DNA of 51,308 nucleotides from Oscillospiraceae bacterium (GTDB lineage Bacteria; Bacteroidota; Bacteroidia; Bacteroidales; Bacteroidaceae). Each line of letters opens with the position of its first letter. Position 1 is the first letter of the stretch. The translations under genes and the position numbers were made by a program. The stretch lies in the NCBI GenBank assembly GCA_963654095.1, contig CAVKAH010000002.1:1-51308 (forward strand), in the 5' to 3' direction. The notes below the pieces were generated by a model. It was not told the origin of the DNA, did no database searches, and saw only the letters and a list, made by a program, of their open reading frames with translations. Positions 8,981-18,182 of this stretch are shown piece by piece.

Positions 8981-9100
8981 ATATCGTAAATATATGGGGT
9001 TTAAATGCTTATGTTTCTCTTTGTATTTCTCTATCCTCGGTTTTATTACAATAAAAAGCATAATTAACAGGAAAACAAGTTATATTTAAGTAAAATTTTA

Positions 9101-9108
9101 TATATTTG
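9101..9108 (+). promoter_or_regulatory. Bacteroidota -7 promoter element
   Basis: TATATTTG (TAnnTTTG) about 70 bp upstream of the ATG at 9181. Confidence 0.6.
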
Positions 9109-9180
9109 CAAGGGTGTCCCGTAATAGGAATAAGCGGAACACAAATTAACCCTAAAGATATAAACGAAAATCATAACAGT

Positions 9181-10671
9181 ATGGCTTACACACGCATTAC
9201 AGCAGCTGAGGCTGCCGCACTGATAAAAAATGGAGATAGTTTAGGACTTAGCGGATTTACTCCTGCAGGAACGGCAAAAGCCGTTACACGCGAGCTTGCC
9301 AAGATTGCAGAGGCAGAACATGCGGCAGGAAGAGAATTTCAGGTTAGTATTTTCACAGGAGCATCTACAGGACAAAGCACCGACGGAGTGCTCGCTGAGG
9401 CTCACGCCATTAAATATCGCGCACCTTATACTACAAATCCTTCTTTCCGCAAAAGCGTAAATCAGGGAGAGATAGCATATAATGACATCCATCTAAGCCA
9501 CATGGCACAGGAGCTGCGCTATGGTTTTTATGGCGACATCGACTGGGCTATCCTTGAGGTAAGCGACATTGAGGAGGGCGCAGACACCTGCAAAGCGTAT
9601 CTCACAGCGGCAGGAGGTATCAGTCCTACCGTGGCTCGACTCGCCAAACACGTAATTCTGGAGCTTAACACATTCCACAGTAAGGATGCAAAATTCATGC
9701 ACGACGTTTACGAACCTCTCGACCCGCCAGTGCGCCAGCCTATCCCTATCGTTAATGTTGGCGACCGTATCGGTAAGCCATACGTAGAGATTGACCCTAA
9801 GAAGATTATCGGCGTGGTGGAGTGCGACTTACCTGATGAGGCTCGAGCATTTAAAGACAGCGACCCAATAACAGACCAGATTGGGCATAACGTGGCGGAA
9901 TTCCTCGTGAATGATATGAAACGCGGTGTGATACCCTCAACTTTCCTACCTCTGCAGAGTGGTGTGGGCAGTACGGCAAACGCTATTCTCGGAGCGTTGG
10001 GCAAGGACAAAAATGTGCCAGACTTCAACGTTTATACAGAGGTGATGCAAGATAGCGTAGTGGCAATGATGCTTGAGGGTAGAGTGAAAGATGCTTCGGC
10101 TTGTTCGCTCACGGTTTCAAACGAGTGCTTAAAGCAGGTTTATGACAACATGAACTACTTTAAAGACCATATAACATTACGTCAGAGCGAGATTTCAAAC
10201 TCTCCAGAGGTTATCCGCCGACTCGGAATTATTGCTATAAACACCGCCATCGAGGTGGATATCTACGGAAATGCCAACTCCACACATATAAGCGGAACAA
10301 AGATGATGAACGGTATTGGCGGTAGTGGCGACTTTGAACGCAATGCCTATATCAGTATCTTTACATGTCCCTCAACAGCAAAGGGAGGTCTGATAAGTAG
10401 TATCGTGCCGATGGTAAGTCATCAAGATCACTCTGAACATGACGTGAATGTAATCGTTACAGAGCAGGGTGTAGCAGACCTCAGAGGTAAGAGTCCGATA
10501 GAGCGTGCCCATCTTATTATAGAGAATTGTGCACATCCAGACTATCGTCCAATACTACGTGCGTACCTCGAACATGCAAAGATGGGACAGACTCGCCATA
10601 ACCTTGGCAAGGCGTTTGCCATGCACATAGCATTGGCAGAAAAGGGAGATATGCACCTGACGGATATGTGA
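9181..10671 (+). CDS. Succinate/acetate CoA-transferase (acetyl-CoA hydrolase/transferase family)
   Basis: SGFTPAG, FTGAST, DIHLSH, PLQSGVG, YTEV, NGIGGSGDF and TEQGVADLRG motifs. Start moved to the ATG at 9181 (MAYTRI). Confidence 0.92.
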   Translation: MAYTRITAAEAAALIKNGDSLGLSGFTPAGTAKAVTRELAKIAEAEHAAGREFQVSIFTGASTGQSTDGVLAEAHAIKYRAPYTTNPSFRKSVNQGEIAYNDIHLSHMAQELRYGFYGDIDWAILEVSDIEEGADTCKAYLTAAGGISPTVARLAKHVILELNTFHSKDAKFMHDVYEPLDPPVRQPIPIVNVGDRIGKPYVEIDPKKIIGVVECDLPDEARAFKDSDPITDQIGHNVAEFLVNDMKRGVIPSTFLPLQSGVGSTANAILGALGKDKNVPDFNVYTEVMQDSVVAMMLEGRVKDASACSLTVSNECLKQVYDNMNYFKDHITLRQSEISNSPEVIRRLGIIAINTAIEVDIYGNANSTHISGTKMMNGIGGSGDFERNAYISIFTCPSTAKGGLISSIVPMVSHQDHSEHDVNVIVTEQGVADLRGKSPIERAHLIIENCAHPDYRPILRAYLEHAKMGQTRHNLGKAFAMHIALAEKGDMHLTDM

Positions 10672-10702
10672 TATCAATAACGAAGATAATAAAAAGATAA
10701 AT

Positions 10703-10740
10703 AAAATCGGGGCTCGCAGATGATGATGAGCTCCGATTTT
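10703..10740 (+). terminator. Rho-independent terminator or stem-loop after the CoA-transferase
   Basis: AAAATCGGGGCTC ... GAGCTCCGATTTT. Confidence 0.7.
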
Positions 10741-10764
10741 CATAACCGCAAATAACTCTAACAA

Positions 10765-11613
10765 ATGAAAAAAATACTTTTAATAGCTTCCGTCCTTATG
10801 CTTGCCGTTACGGCAAAGGTAAACGCAGAAAACGTTTTTCCTGATGTTAAGAGTAAAGAGTTTAAGACTTTGACACTCATACATCCATGGCATGGGAAGA
10901 GAGTGGCGTATTTTGGCGACTCAATAACTGACCCTAAGAACAAGGCTTCGGATAACAAATACTGGTCGCTAATGCAGCAGTGGCTCGGCATAACACCATA
11001 TGTTTATGCCGTCAGCGGTAGACAATGGAACGACATACCTCGGCAGGCAGACCAGCTAAAGAAGGAACATGGCGATGACTTTGATGCCATAATGATATTC
11101 ATAGGTACTAACGATTTTAACGCTGGAGTGCCTATTGGGGAGTGGTTTACAGAGACAGAACAAGAGGTAATGGCTGGTATTCACGAGCCCAAGCATATTG
11201 TTAAGCGTATGCATAAAGATGTGTGTATGACAGATTCCACATATCGTGGACGAATAAACATTGCTCTTGACAAGGTGAAAAGAATGTTCCCAACCAAACA
11301 AATTGTACTTGTTACGCCTATCCATCGTGCACAATTCTACCGAAGCGAAACCAACTGGCAGCCTACGGAAGATTACCGCAATAAGTGCGGCGAATATGTT
11401 AGTCGATACGTGGAGTCGGTAAAAGAGGCTGGAAACATCTGGAGTGTTCCTGTCATAGACATGAATGCCCTCTGCGGGTTATACCCATTGATGGATGAAC
11501 ATGCACAGTTTTTTAATAAAGCAGATGTAGACCGCCTGCATCCCAACAACGAAGGACATCGCCGCATGGCACTCACTTTAGTGTATCAACTTCTACACTT
11601 ACCTTTGTTTTAG
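10765..11613 (+). CDS. Secreted SGNH/GDSL-family esterase (carbohydrate O-acetylesterase-like)
   Basis: Signal peptide, block I FGDSIT, block II AVSG, block III GTNDF and block V DRLHP. Confidence 0.88.
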   Translation: MKKILLIASVLMLAVTAKVNAENVFPDVKSKEFKTLTLIHPWHGKRVAYFGDSITDPKNKASDNKYWSLMQQWLGITPYVYAVSGRQWNDIPRQADQLKKEHGDDFDAIMIFIGTNDFNAGVPIGEWFTETEQEVMAGIHEPKHIVKRMHKDVCMTDSTYRGRINIALDKVKRMFPTKQIVLVTPIHRAQFYRSETNWQPTEDYRNKCGEYVSRYVESVKEAGNIWSVPVIDMNALCGLYPLMDEHAQFFNKADVDRLHPNNEGHRRMALTLVYQLLHLPLF

Positions 11614-11704
11614 ATTATGGTTGGCAATTTGTAGTACCACCATTATATTATAGGTGTATAGATTATTTCATATATAACCCCTAGATTAGGGTATATAAAA
11701 AAGT

Positions 11705-11762
11705 AAAGAGAAATATCTTAACTCCACAATTTACGCTTGGTGGAATTAAGATATTTCTCTTT
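11705..11762. terminator. Bidirectional terminator between convergent genes
   Basis: Perfect 17-bp stem AAAGAGAAATATCTTAA (11705-11721) / TTAAGATATTTCTCTTT (11746-11762), with A-rich left and T-rich right flanks. Confidence 0.85.
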
Positions 11763-11799
11763 CTTTTTATATTAATCCGATTATTATATAGCAACCTTT

Positions 11800-13494
11800 T
11801 TAAGCATCACGCTGCTTTGTTCCCATGCGAGCCTCTACTACGTTGATGACGTAGTCGCCGAGTTTCTCACATTCGCTCACGATATCCATATACATAGTGC
11901 CGATGGCGTAAGTATATTCATGGTTGTTTACGTCATTGATGTTCTGGCTCTTTAACTGAGTGCGATAGTTGTTTATCTCGTTTTCAATATTGAAAGAGCG
12001 GTTCACATCAAGGTTGTCTCTCCTGTTAGATAGCATCACGTTCATCTGAGTTAGGCTATCGTCGGTCAGTTCAAACATCTGATGAAGATGCTCATACTGC
12101 TTTTCTGTGAAGTCTTCCTTACCGCGGCACTTCCTGTTCAGTGTGCGCGCTATGTTGTAACAACTATCTCCGATGCTTTCTATCTCGGAGATTTCGCGCA
12201 GCATGGCACGAATTTTTGCCTTCGTTTCATCACTTAGATGAGCATCACTTACCTTATCGAGATATTTCGCAATCTCTATCTCCATGTTGTCGGAGATACC
12301 TTCGTATTTCTCAATGCGGGTAAATAGCTTGTTGAAGTCGTTGTCGTTCTTGGTGCTTAGTAGCTCTCTTACCATTGAGAACATACGCTGAATACGCTCG
12401 GCAAACGATTGTATCTCCTTGCGTGCCTCAAGAACAGAAAGCTCAGGTGTAGCCATAAGCGTGCTTCCGCCGATATAACGCAAGCGGAAATCATCTTCAT
12501 CTTTGCTCGTATTAGGCTTGATAATATAGCAAACGAACTTTTGCATCTGTGGAATAAGCCATATAAGAATGGCTGTATTGCATACGTTGAATGAGGTGTG
12601 GAATGCGGCAAGCACGACAGAAAGTCTACTTGCATTGATGTGATCTGCATTAGGATCTACTCCCACAAGTCCACATACCATATTAATAAAAGGATAGAAC
12701 ACGCACAATACCCATATCACACCGAACACGTTGAACGACAGATGGGCAAGCGCAGCACGGCGAGCTTGTGTGTTAGCACCCATAGCTGCAATGTTTGATG
12801 TTATGGTTGTTCCGATATTTTCTCCAAGTACCAAGGCTATACCCATATATATAGGTAATACGCCAGATGAACATAATACCATAGTGATGGCCATCAATGC
12901 AGCAGAAGACTGCATACAAAAGGTAAGTATAGTACCGATACCAAGGAATGCAAAAATAGTGAGATAACTGTCTTTATCAAAGGATGAGAAGAACTGTATA
13001 ACCGATTGGTTATGGCTGAGGTCCATTTCCTTGCCTGTAGCTCCTAGGGTGGAAATGGCGAAAAACATAAATGCTACACCAAATAAGAAATCACCTATGT
13101 ATCGGTGTTTCCTGCGGTAAATAAGCAAAAGGGCTATGAAGAATACTGGATACACTATGTTTGCCATGTTGAACGAGAAGCCCAAAGTCATTATCCAGGC
13201 AGTGAACGTGGTGCCTATATTAGCTCCCATTATCACTGAAATAGCCTGTGCCAAGGTAAGAAGTCCTGCATTGACAAACGAAACCGTCATGACGGTAGTT
13301 GCTGTGGACGACTGCACGGAGGCTGTTACAAACATACCGGTAAGCAAACCAGTAAAGCGGTTCTTGGTCATTGTACCCAATACGTGGCGTAGCTGTGAGC
13401 CTGCCATCTTCTGAAGTGCCTCGCTCATGGTTTTCATACCATAGATAAGCAATGCTAATGAGCCAATAATCTTAAAAAAAATCCAAATCGACAT
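11800..13494 (-). CDS. Na+/phosphate cotransporter with C-terminal PhoU-like domains
   Basis: Two QSS repeats (VQSSTAT, MQSSAAL), GANIGTT and GENIGTT, and a helical C-terminus with IESIGD and CEKLGD PhoU-type motifs. Confidence 0.92.
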   Translation of the reverse strand: MSIWIFFKIIGSLALLIYGMKTMSEALQKMAGSQLRHVLGTMTKNRFTGLLTGMFVTASVQSSTATTVMTVSFVNAGLLTLAQAISVIMGANIGTTFTAWIMTLGFSFNMANIVYPVFFIALLLIYRRKHRYIGDFLFGVAFMFFAISTLGATGKEMDLSHNQSVIQFFSSFDKDSYLTIFAFLGIGTILTFCMQSSAALMAITMVLCSSGVLPIYMGIALVLGENIGTTITSNIAAMGANTQARRAALAHLSFNVFGVIWVLCVFYPFINMVCGLVGVDPNADHINASRLSVVLAAFHTSFNVCNTAILIWLIPQMQKFVCYIIKPNTSKDEDDFRLRYIGGSTLMATPELSVLEARKEIQSFAERIQRMFSMVRELLSTKNDNDFNKLFTRIEKYEGISDNMEIEIAKYLDKVSDAHLSDETKAKIRAMLREISEIESIGDSCYNIARTLNRKCRGKEDFTEKQYEHLHQMFELTDDSLTQMNVMLSNRRDNLDVNRSFNIENEINNYRTQLKSQNINDVNNHEYTYAIGTMYMDIVSECEKLGDYVINVVEARMGTKQRDA

Positions 13495-13581
13495 ATTTTA
13501 AAGTTATTTATGATGCTATTGTGCATTAATGTCGGAGAAAGGGAGTAACTTTACATCGTAAACCCTTAACGTATAACACTT

Positions 13582-15243
13582 ATGAAACATGTAATACAAA
13601 TTCGTTGCAAAAATAATAAAAAAGTCATAAATACTACTATTGGAAGCTCACTTTCTGATATTTTTTTGGCATCGGGACTCAATATGAAATATGGGCCAGT
13701 GAGTGCTAAAGTTAACAACAAGGTAGAGGGACTCAATTACAGAGTGTACCACAATAAGGATGTAGAGTTCCTTGATCTTACTTCCCCATCCGGACAACGA
13801 ACATACACAAGAACATTGTTTATGGTTCTTTGCAAGGCTGTAAAGGACATTTATCCCGACGGAAGAGTTGATATTGATATACCTGTATCTAATGGTTATT
13901 ATTGCGATTTGAAGATAGATTGTCAGATTACGGATGAGGTGGCAGCAAGAATTCGCAACCGTATGCAGGAGATTATCAATGCGAAAATGCCTATTCACCG
14001 CTTTGAATGTACTACGGAAGAGGCGATAAAGATATTTTCTGAACGAGGAGCAACGTCAAAGGTGAAATTGCTGAAAAGTACAGGAAGACTATACACAACA
14101 TATTATGATATAGACGGATATAAGGACTATTATTATGGTTCGCTACTTACTAACACGTCCATGCTTATGCTTTTTGGTTTGGAAAAGTATTATGACGGAT
14201 TGCTTTTGCGTATCCCTTCACTTAAAGACCCCTCCAAACTTGGCGAGCTTATACGGCAGGACAAGATGTTTGAAATATTTCGTGAGCATCATCATTGGCA
14301 GGATTTGCTAGGGCTGCGCACTATTGGAGACTTGAATGATGCCGTAGCAAAAGGATGGGCAAGCGACCTTATCAATCTTTCAGAAGCCTTACAAGAAAAG
14401 AAGATAGCACATATTGCTGATGAGATAGCTGCAAGGAAGAATGTTAAGATGGTACTCATTGCAGGTCCTTCTTCGAGTGGAAAGACGACCACTTGTAAGC
14501 GTTTGTCTATACAATTGCTTACTAATGGCATCAAACCAGTGCCTGTTTCCCTTGATGATTACTTCGTTGACAGAGAGGTAACCCCTAAAGATGAAAATGG
14601 AGAATATGATTATGAAAGTCTTTATGCCCTGAATATTCCATTGCTAAACAAGCAGATGAACGATCTCTTTGCAGGTAAAGAGGTACAACTACCTAAGTAT
14701 AACTTCCAAACAGGAAAGAGCGAGATGAATGGAAAGAAGTTGAAAATGGGTGAGAATGATGTACTTGTAGTTGAGGGAATACATGCTCTAAATCCAGAGC
14801 TGACGGCACAAATTCCAGAAGAACAGATATTCCGTGTCTATGCTTCTGCATTTACTACGATATTGCTTGATACTCACAACTATGTGCCAACTACAGATAA
14901 CAGATTGTTAAGAAGAATCATTCGTGATTACAAATACCGTGGTGTTAGTGCGCAAGAAACGATACGCCGTTGGCCTTCGGTGCGTGCTGGGGAGAACAAA
15001 TGGATATTCCCTTATCAAGAAAATGCTGATGCTATGTTCAATACAGCCATGCTTTTCGAACTCGCTGTTATAAAGTCGCAGGCAGAACCTCTCCTTGAGA
15101 CGGTGCCTGAAGATAGTGATGAATATAGTGAAGCATACCGTTTACTTAAATTCTTGAAGTATATTAAGCCTATACCAAACCGTCAGGTGCCACCAGCTTC
15201 CCTATTGCGTGAGTTCCTCGGAGGTAGCTCTTTCAAGTATTGA
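13582..15243 (+). CDS. Uridine/nucleoside kinase-family protein fused to an N-terminal ThrRS-like (TGS plus SAD) region
   Basis: C-terminal P-loop AGPSSSGKTT, SLDDYF, VEGIH, RRIIRD...RG and WIFPYQENAD. The N-terminus resembles ThrRS N1/N2 (AKVNNKV, NGYYCD). Confidence 0.85.
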   Translation: MKHVIQIRCKNNKKVINTTIGSSLSDIFLASGLNMKYGPVSAKVNNKVEGLNYRVYHNKDVEFLDLTSPSGQRTYTRTLFMVLCKAVKDIYPDGRVDIDIPVSNGYYCDLKIDCQITDEVAARIRNRMQEIINAKMPIHRFECTTEEAIKIFSERGATSKVKLLKSTGRLYTTYYDIDGYKDYYYGSLLTNTSMLMLFGLEKYYDGLLLRIPSLKDPSKLGELIRQDKMFEIFREHHHWQDLLGLRTIGDLNDAVAKGWASDLINLSEALQEKKIAHIADEIAARKNVKMVLIAGPSSSGKTTTCKRLSIQLLTNGIKPVPVSLDDYFVDREVTPKDENGEYDYESLYALNIPLLNKQMNDLFAGKEVQLPKYNFQTGKSEMNGKKLKMGENDVLVVEGIHALNPELTAQIPEEQIFRVYASAFTTILLDTHNYVPTTDNRLLRRIIRDYKYRGVSAQETIRRWPSVRAGENKWIFPYQENADAMFNTAMLFELAVIKSQAEPLLETVPEDSDEYSEAYRLLKFLKYIKPIPNRQVPPASLLREFLGGSSFKY

Positions 15244-15286
15244 TGATGCATACAGATTATTGATTACACCTTATTAATATAATAAG

Positions 15287-15329
15287 AAATCCCTCATGAA
15301 AAGCAATTTCGCTGGTCATGAGGGATTTT
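15287..15329. terminator. Bidirectional terminator between convergent genes
   Basis: AAATCCCTCATGA (15287-15299) pairs with TCATGAGGGATTT (15316-15328). Confidence 0.82.
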
Positions 15330-15330
15330 C

Positions 15331-16140
15331 TTATTTAAGTTGTGAGGTGATAGGGTTACGTATGCCCTTCATATTAGTGAGGAAAGCCTTTGCGCTACCA
15401 AACTTCAAGAACATGTCAAGGCGTACTGGGATGTGGTTCAAGTCGTCAGTAACGTAGAACCTAACAATCTCTTCCCATTTATTATGTTCATATTCCAAAT
15501 ACGACAACTCCACGCAACGGTATTTCTTTCCGTTATCTGCCTTTATCTTAGTCTTACCATTGAAACGTAAACGAGCTGGTGAAGAGCCTTTACCATCGGC
15601 AATGGGAAAGTCAATAACGTGCCCTTTCTTCCAATTTTCAGAACTGAAAGAGCGTGCCCTAAGGAAGATGTTCATCATGTCAAACACACAACTTTGAGGG
15701 TTCAAGGTCTTCCAAGCGTGTGTTCCATCGTTATGCTGACGATGACAACGTATATTCACCTTGTTGTTAGGATATGAGTAGAACACTTCGTCTACGGTAT
15801 ATCGTTTGCCTTCTCTTGCCCCTTTACGGAAATAAAGCGGTTCCATTGCAGAAGAAGAATAGCAGAGCAGTGTATCACGCAGTACGAACATATTGTCAAC
15901 TTTGTTATTGCCGCGTGTTGTAAGACTTGCCCGATAAGCTTTCTTACCCTTATATGTGCTCTCTACTGTTGACATACTTGCCGTTCCAGCCTTTACCCAA
16001 ACGAACTTCCAGTTATAGTAAAGGTTATACGAAAGGAACTCTCCAGACTTGAATGCAGTATTCCTAAAGGAACACTGAGCTGTAGCCGTTATGGCACTTA
16101 CAAGTAGCAATATTGTTGTTGATATCTTTCTTATCTTCAT
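15331..16140 (-). CDS. Secreted DUF3108-family protein
   Basis: 269 aa with a signal peptide, AFKSGEFLSYNLYY...WVKAG at the N-terminus and VTDDLNHIPVR...FGS at the C-terminus, as seen in Bacteroidota DUF3108 proteins. Confidence 0.75.
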   Translation of the reverse strand: MKIRKISTTILLLVSAITATAQCSFRNTAFKSGEFLSYNLYYNWKFVWVKAGTASMSTVESTYKGKKAYRASLTTRGNNKVDNMFVLRDTLLCYSSSAMEPLYFRKGAREGKRYTVDEVFYSYPNNKVNIRCHRQHNDGTHAWKTLNPQSCVFDMMNIFLRARSFSSENWKKGHVIDFPIADGKGSSPARLRFNGKTKIKADNGKKYRCVELSYLEYEHNKWEEIVRFYVTDDLNHIPVRLDMFLKFGSAKAFLTNMKGIRNPITSQLK

Positions 16141-16153
16141 AAAAGTCCTCTTT

Positions 16154-18172
16154 TTAATATTGTTGTGGAATATATTGTATTCCTTTCTGCCTAGCCCTCT
16201 CTATGTTACGATGCTTGATCTTCTTGTCTTGTTCAGGCTTCTGCTTAGTAATGGCGTATGGTTTTTGGTGGGCGACATCGTTTTTCGTCGGGTTCCACGA
16301 TAAGGTAATATCCCATTTCGCCTTACATTCTATAGCTTCCGAATAATAATAGGTGTCTTCTGCTTGTTGTCCTAAGGCATAATCACCAGTGTCCCAGATA
16401 CCATTCTTATTGCAGTCAACGAACATTCTCATGTAGTAGGTGCCTGGATTAACATAGAAGAACTCAGCATTGCCATTGCTTGTTGATACCTCTTTTACTA
16501 CTTTATCCGACGAATCAAGGAGTTGCGCCACTATCGTTGTATCTTGCATTCCATTAATTGTCATTAGTAATGTGCCATATTCATCCTCAGAGCGCACCTT
16601 AAAGCCTTGCTTGTAAGCAGGACTTACGGCACCATAAATATCGGTGAAAGCAGTGGAGTCAATTTCTAAACTATATTCTATTCCTGGTCTCCATTCTCCT
16701 AATATCTCGTATGTTCTTGCCTTTTGTTTCAGTTCCCTAAATATAAATTTAGATTTATACCAAAGTGTGTCGTGCTTAGCATATAGATGAATCATTGATG
16801 TGTCTATCTTTGCGAGAGGAGTAGTCATCTCTATAGATATGTTTTGGTCAGGGTCGGGTTGCGACTTTACGTTATATTTCGGTTCAAGAGCCTCTGCTGG
16901 CATCACCGTTTCATACTCTCTGCCACGTTTCTTAGCCTTATCTTGTTGCTTCTTCCACTCCTCGTATTGCTTTGCTTTGTCTTTCATACGCTTTTCGTAT
17001 GATACCTTCGACAGTATGTCCAACGTATCTGTATTGCTGACAAGATTACCGAGAGTGTCGGTCGCCATGTAGGATAGTTGTATTCTAAGAGTATCCTGAT
17101 TTACGAGAGAAGTATCACGGAGCCAATATGTAATGGTATCTTTATTAACAGATGGCTCTATAAGGAACGCTTCATCGCTATTAAAATTCAAGCCTTTTAT
17201 TATGGGCAAGCCCTTGTCGCCACTACTAAAGAAAAGCGTGAACTTACGTGGATCTGTGCGTTCGGTCTTCAGAAAATACCTGTCAGTCTGCTTCTCCGTA
17301 AATGCTTTTAGTACAATATCATCAGGTATAAACCTTGTATATCCTATCGTACGTATAGAATCGATATGCAGAGAGTCGCGCCATATCGTGTCTTGTCTTG
17401 TGGCATCCGTAAAGCGAGGCTCAATGATGTCATTGTTGAAAGCTATCATCTCGCTCTTTTGATTGAAGAAATAATTGCCGTCAGCATCCTGCAAAGCCAC
17501 AATGCGGTATTTCCCTGGTGCTATGCCACGTACTACAAATCTACCCCTACTGTCAGTGCGTGAGACCCTCAGCAGTGGCTTTGACAGAAACGGATCTATA
17601 ATATTGTCGTTCACATCACGCTTCTCCAGCTTCCATTTATTGCCATCTATCGTGAAATCATCATCAATGGCATACAGTCCTACCAATATGCCTTTGACTG
17701 GTTCAAGGTTTTCTGCGTTAACAACATTGCCCGACACTTCGAGCGTGTCGATATGGTTGCTTGTTGAGAAACTGTATGTATAGTTGCCGAGCGGGTTACC
17801 TTCGTTGTTGTCGGAAATAGCATCTGAAAAGTCGATAGTGTATGTTGTGTTCTGCTTTAAAGAGTCTTTCAGCTCTACAACAATCTTCTTTCCTGCTCCT
17901 TTAATCTCGGGTGTTTCAATCTGCGGAGGCGATACAACCACCTTTTCCGTAGGGTTGTCCACCTGTATGAACTCATCAAAAAAGATAGTAACCTTCTTTG
18001 AAGTTACGTTCACACCCTTGTCTGCAGGTGAGCATCCTATGATGCGGGGGGGCGTCTCGTCGTACCATCCGCCATCGGGTTGCCCCATTTTAGCGCACGA
18101 CACCACCATAAGTGTTGTTATCGAAAGGCACACTATAGTAGCCCATCTATATAAAATCTTGTTTGCAAGCAT
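16154..18172 (-). CDS. Lipoprotein with Ig-like (Big_5) and carboxypeptidase-regulatory-like domains
   Basis: Lipobox VVS-C, CAKMGQPDGGWYDETPP, FDEFI...LKQNTTYTIDF...D.NEGN...YSFST, and PGKY/PGTY beta-sandwich motifs with DxDGN and DxNxNG loops. Confidence 0.8.
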   Translation of the reverse strand: MLANKILYRWATIVCLSITTLMVVSCAKMGQPDGGWYDETPPRIIGCSPADKGVNVTSKKVTIFFDEFIQVDNPTEKVVVSPPQIETPEIKGAGKKIVVELKDSLKQNTTYTIDFSDAISDNNEGNPLGNYTYSFSTSNHIDTLEVSGNVVNAENLEPVKGILVGLYAIDDDFTIDGNKWKLEKRDVNDNIIDPFLSKPLLRVSRTDSRGRFVVRGIAPGKYRIVALQDADGNYFFNQKSEMIAFNNDIIEPRFTDATRQDTIWRDSLHIDSIRTIGYTRFIPDDIVLKAFTEKQTDRYFLKTERTDPRKFTLFFSSGDKGLPIIKGLNFNSDEAFLIEPSVNKDTITYWLRDTSLVNQDTLRIQLSYMATDTLGNLVSNTDTLDILSKVSYEKRMKDKAKQYEEWKKQQDKAKKRGREYETVMPAEALEPKYNVKSQPDPDQNISIEMTTPLAKIDTSMIHLYAKHDTLWYKSKFIFRELKQKARTYEILGEWRPGIEYSLEIDSTAFTDIYGAVSPAYKQGFKVRSEDEYGTLLMTINGMQDTTIVAQLLDSSDKVVKEVSTSNGNAEFFYVNPGTYYMRMFVDCNKNGIWDTGDYALGQQAEDTYYYSEAIECKAKWDITLSWNPTKNDVAHQKPYAITKQKPEQDKKIKHRNIERARQKGIQYIPQQY

Positions 18173-18182
18173 AAATATTTCC

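Noticed and set aside
11614..11704. Sigma-54 (-24/-12) promoter at TTGGCA near 11621
   Set aside because: There is no TTGC at the correct spacing, and the site lies between convergent genes.
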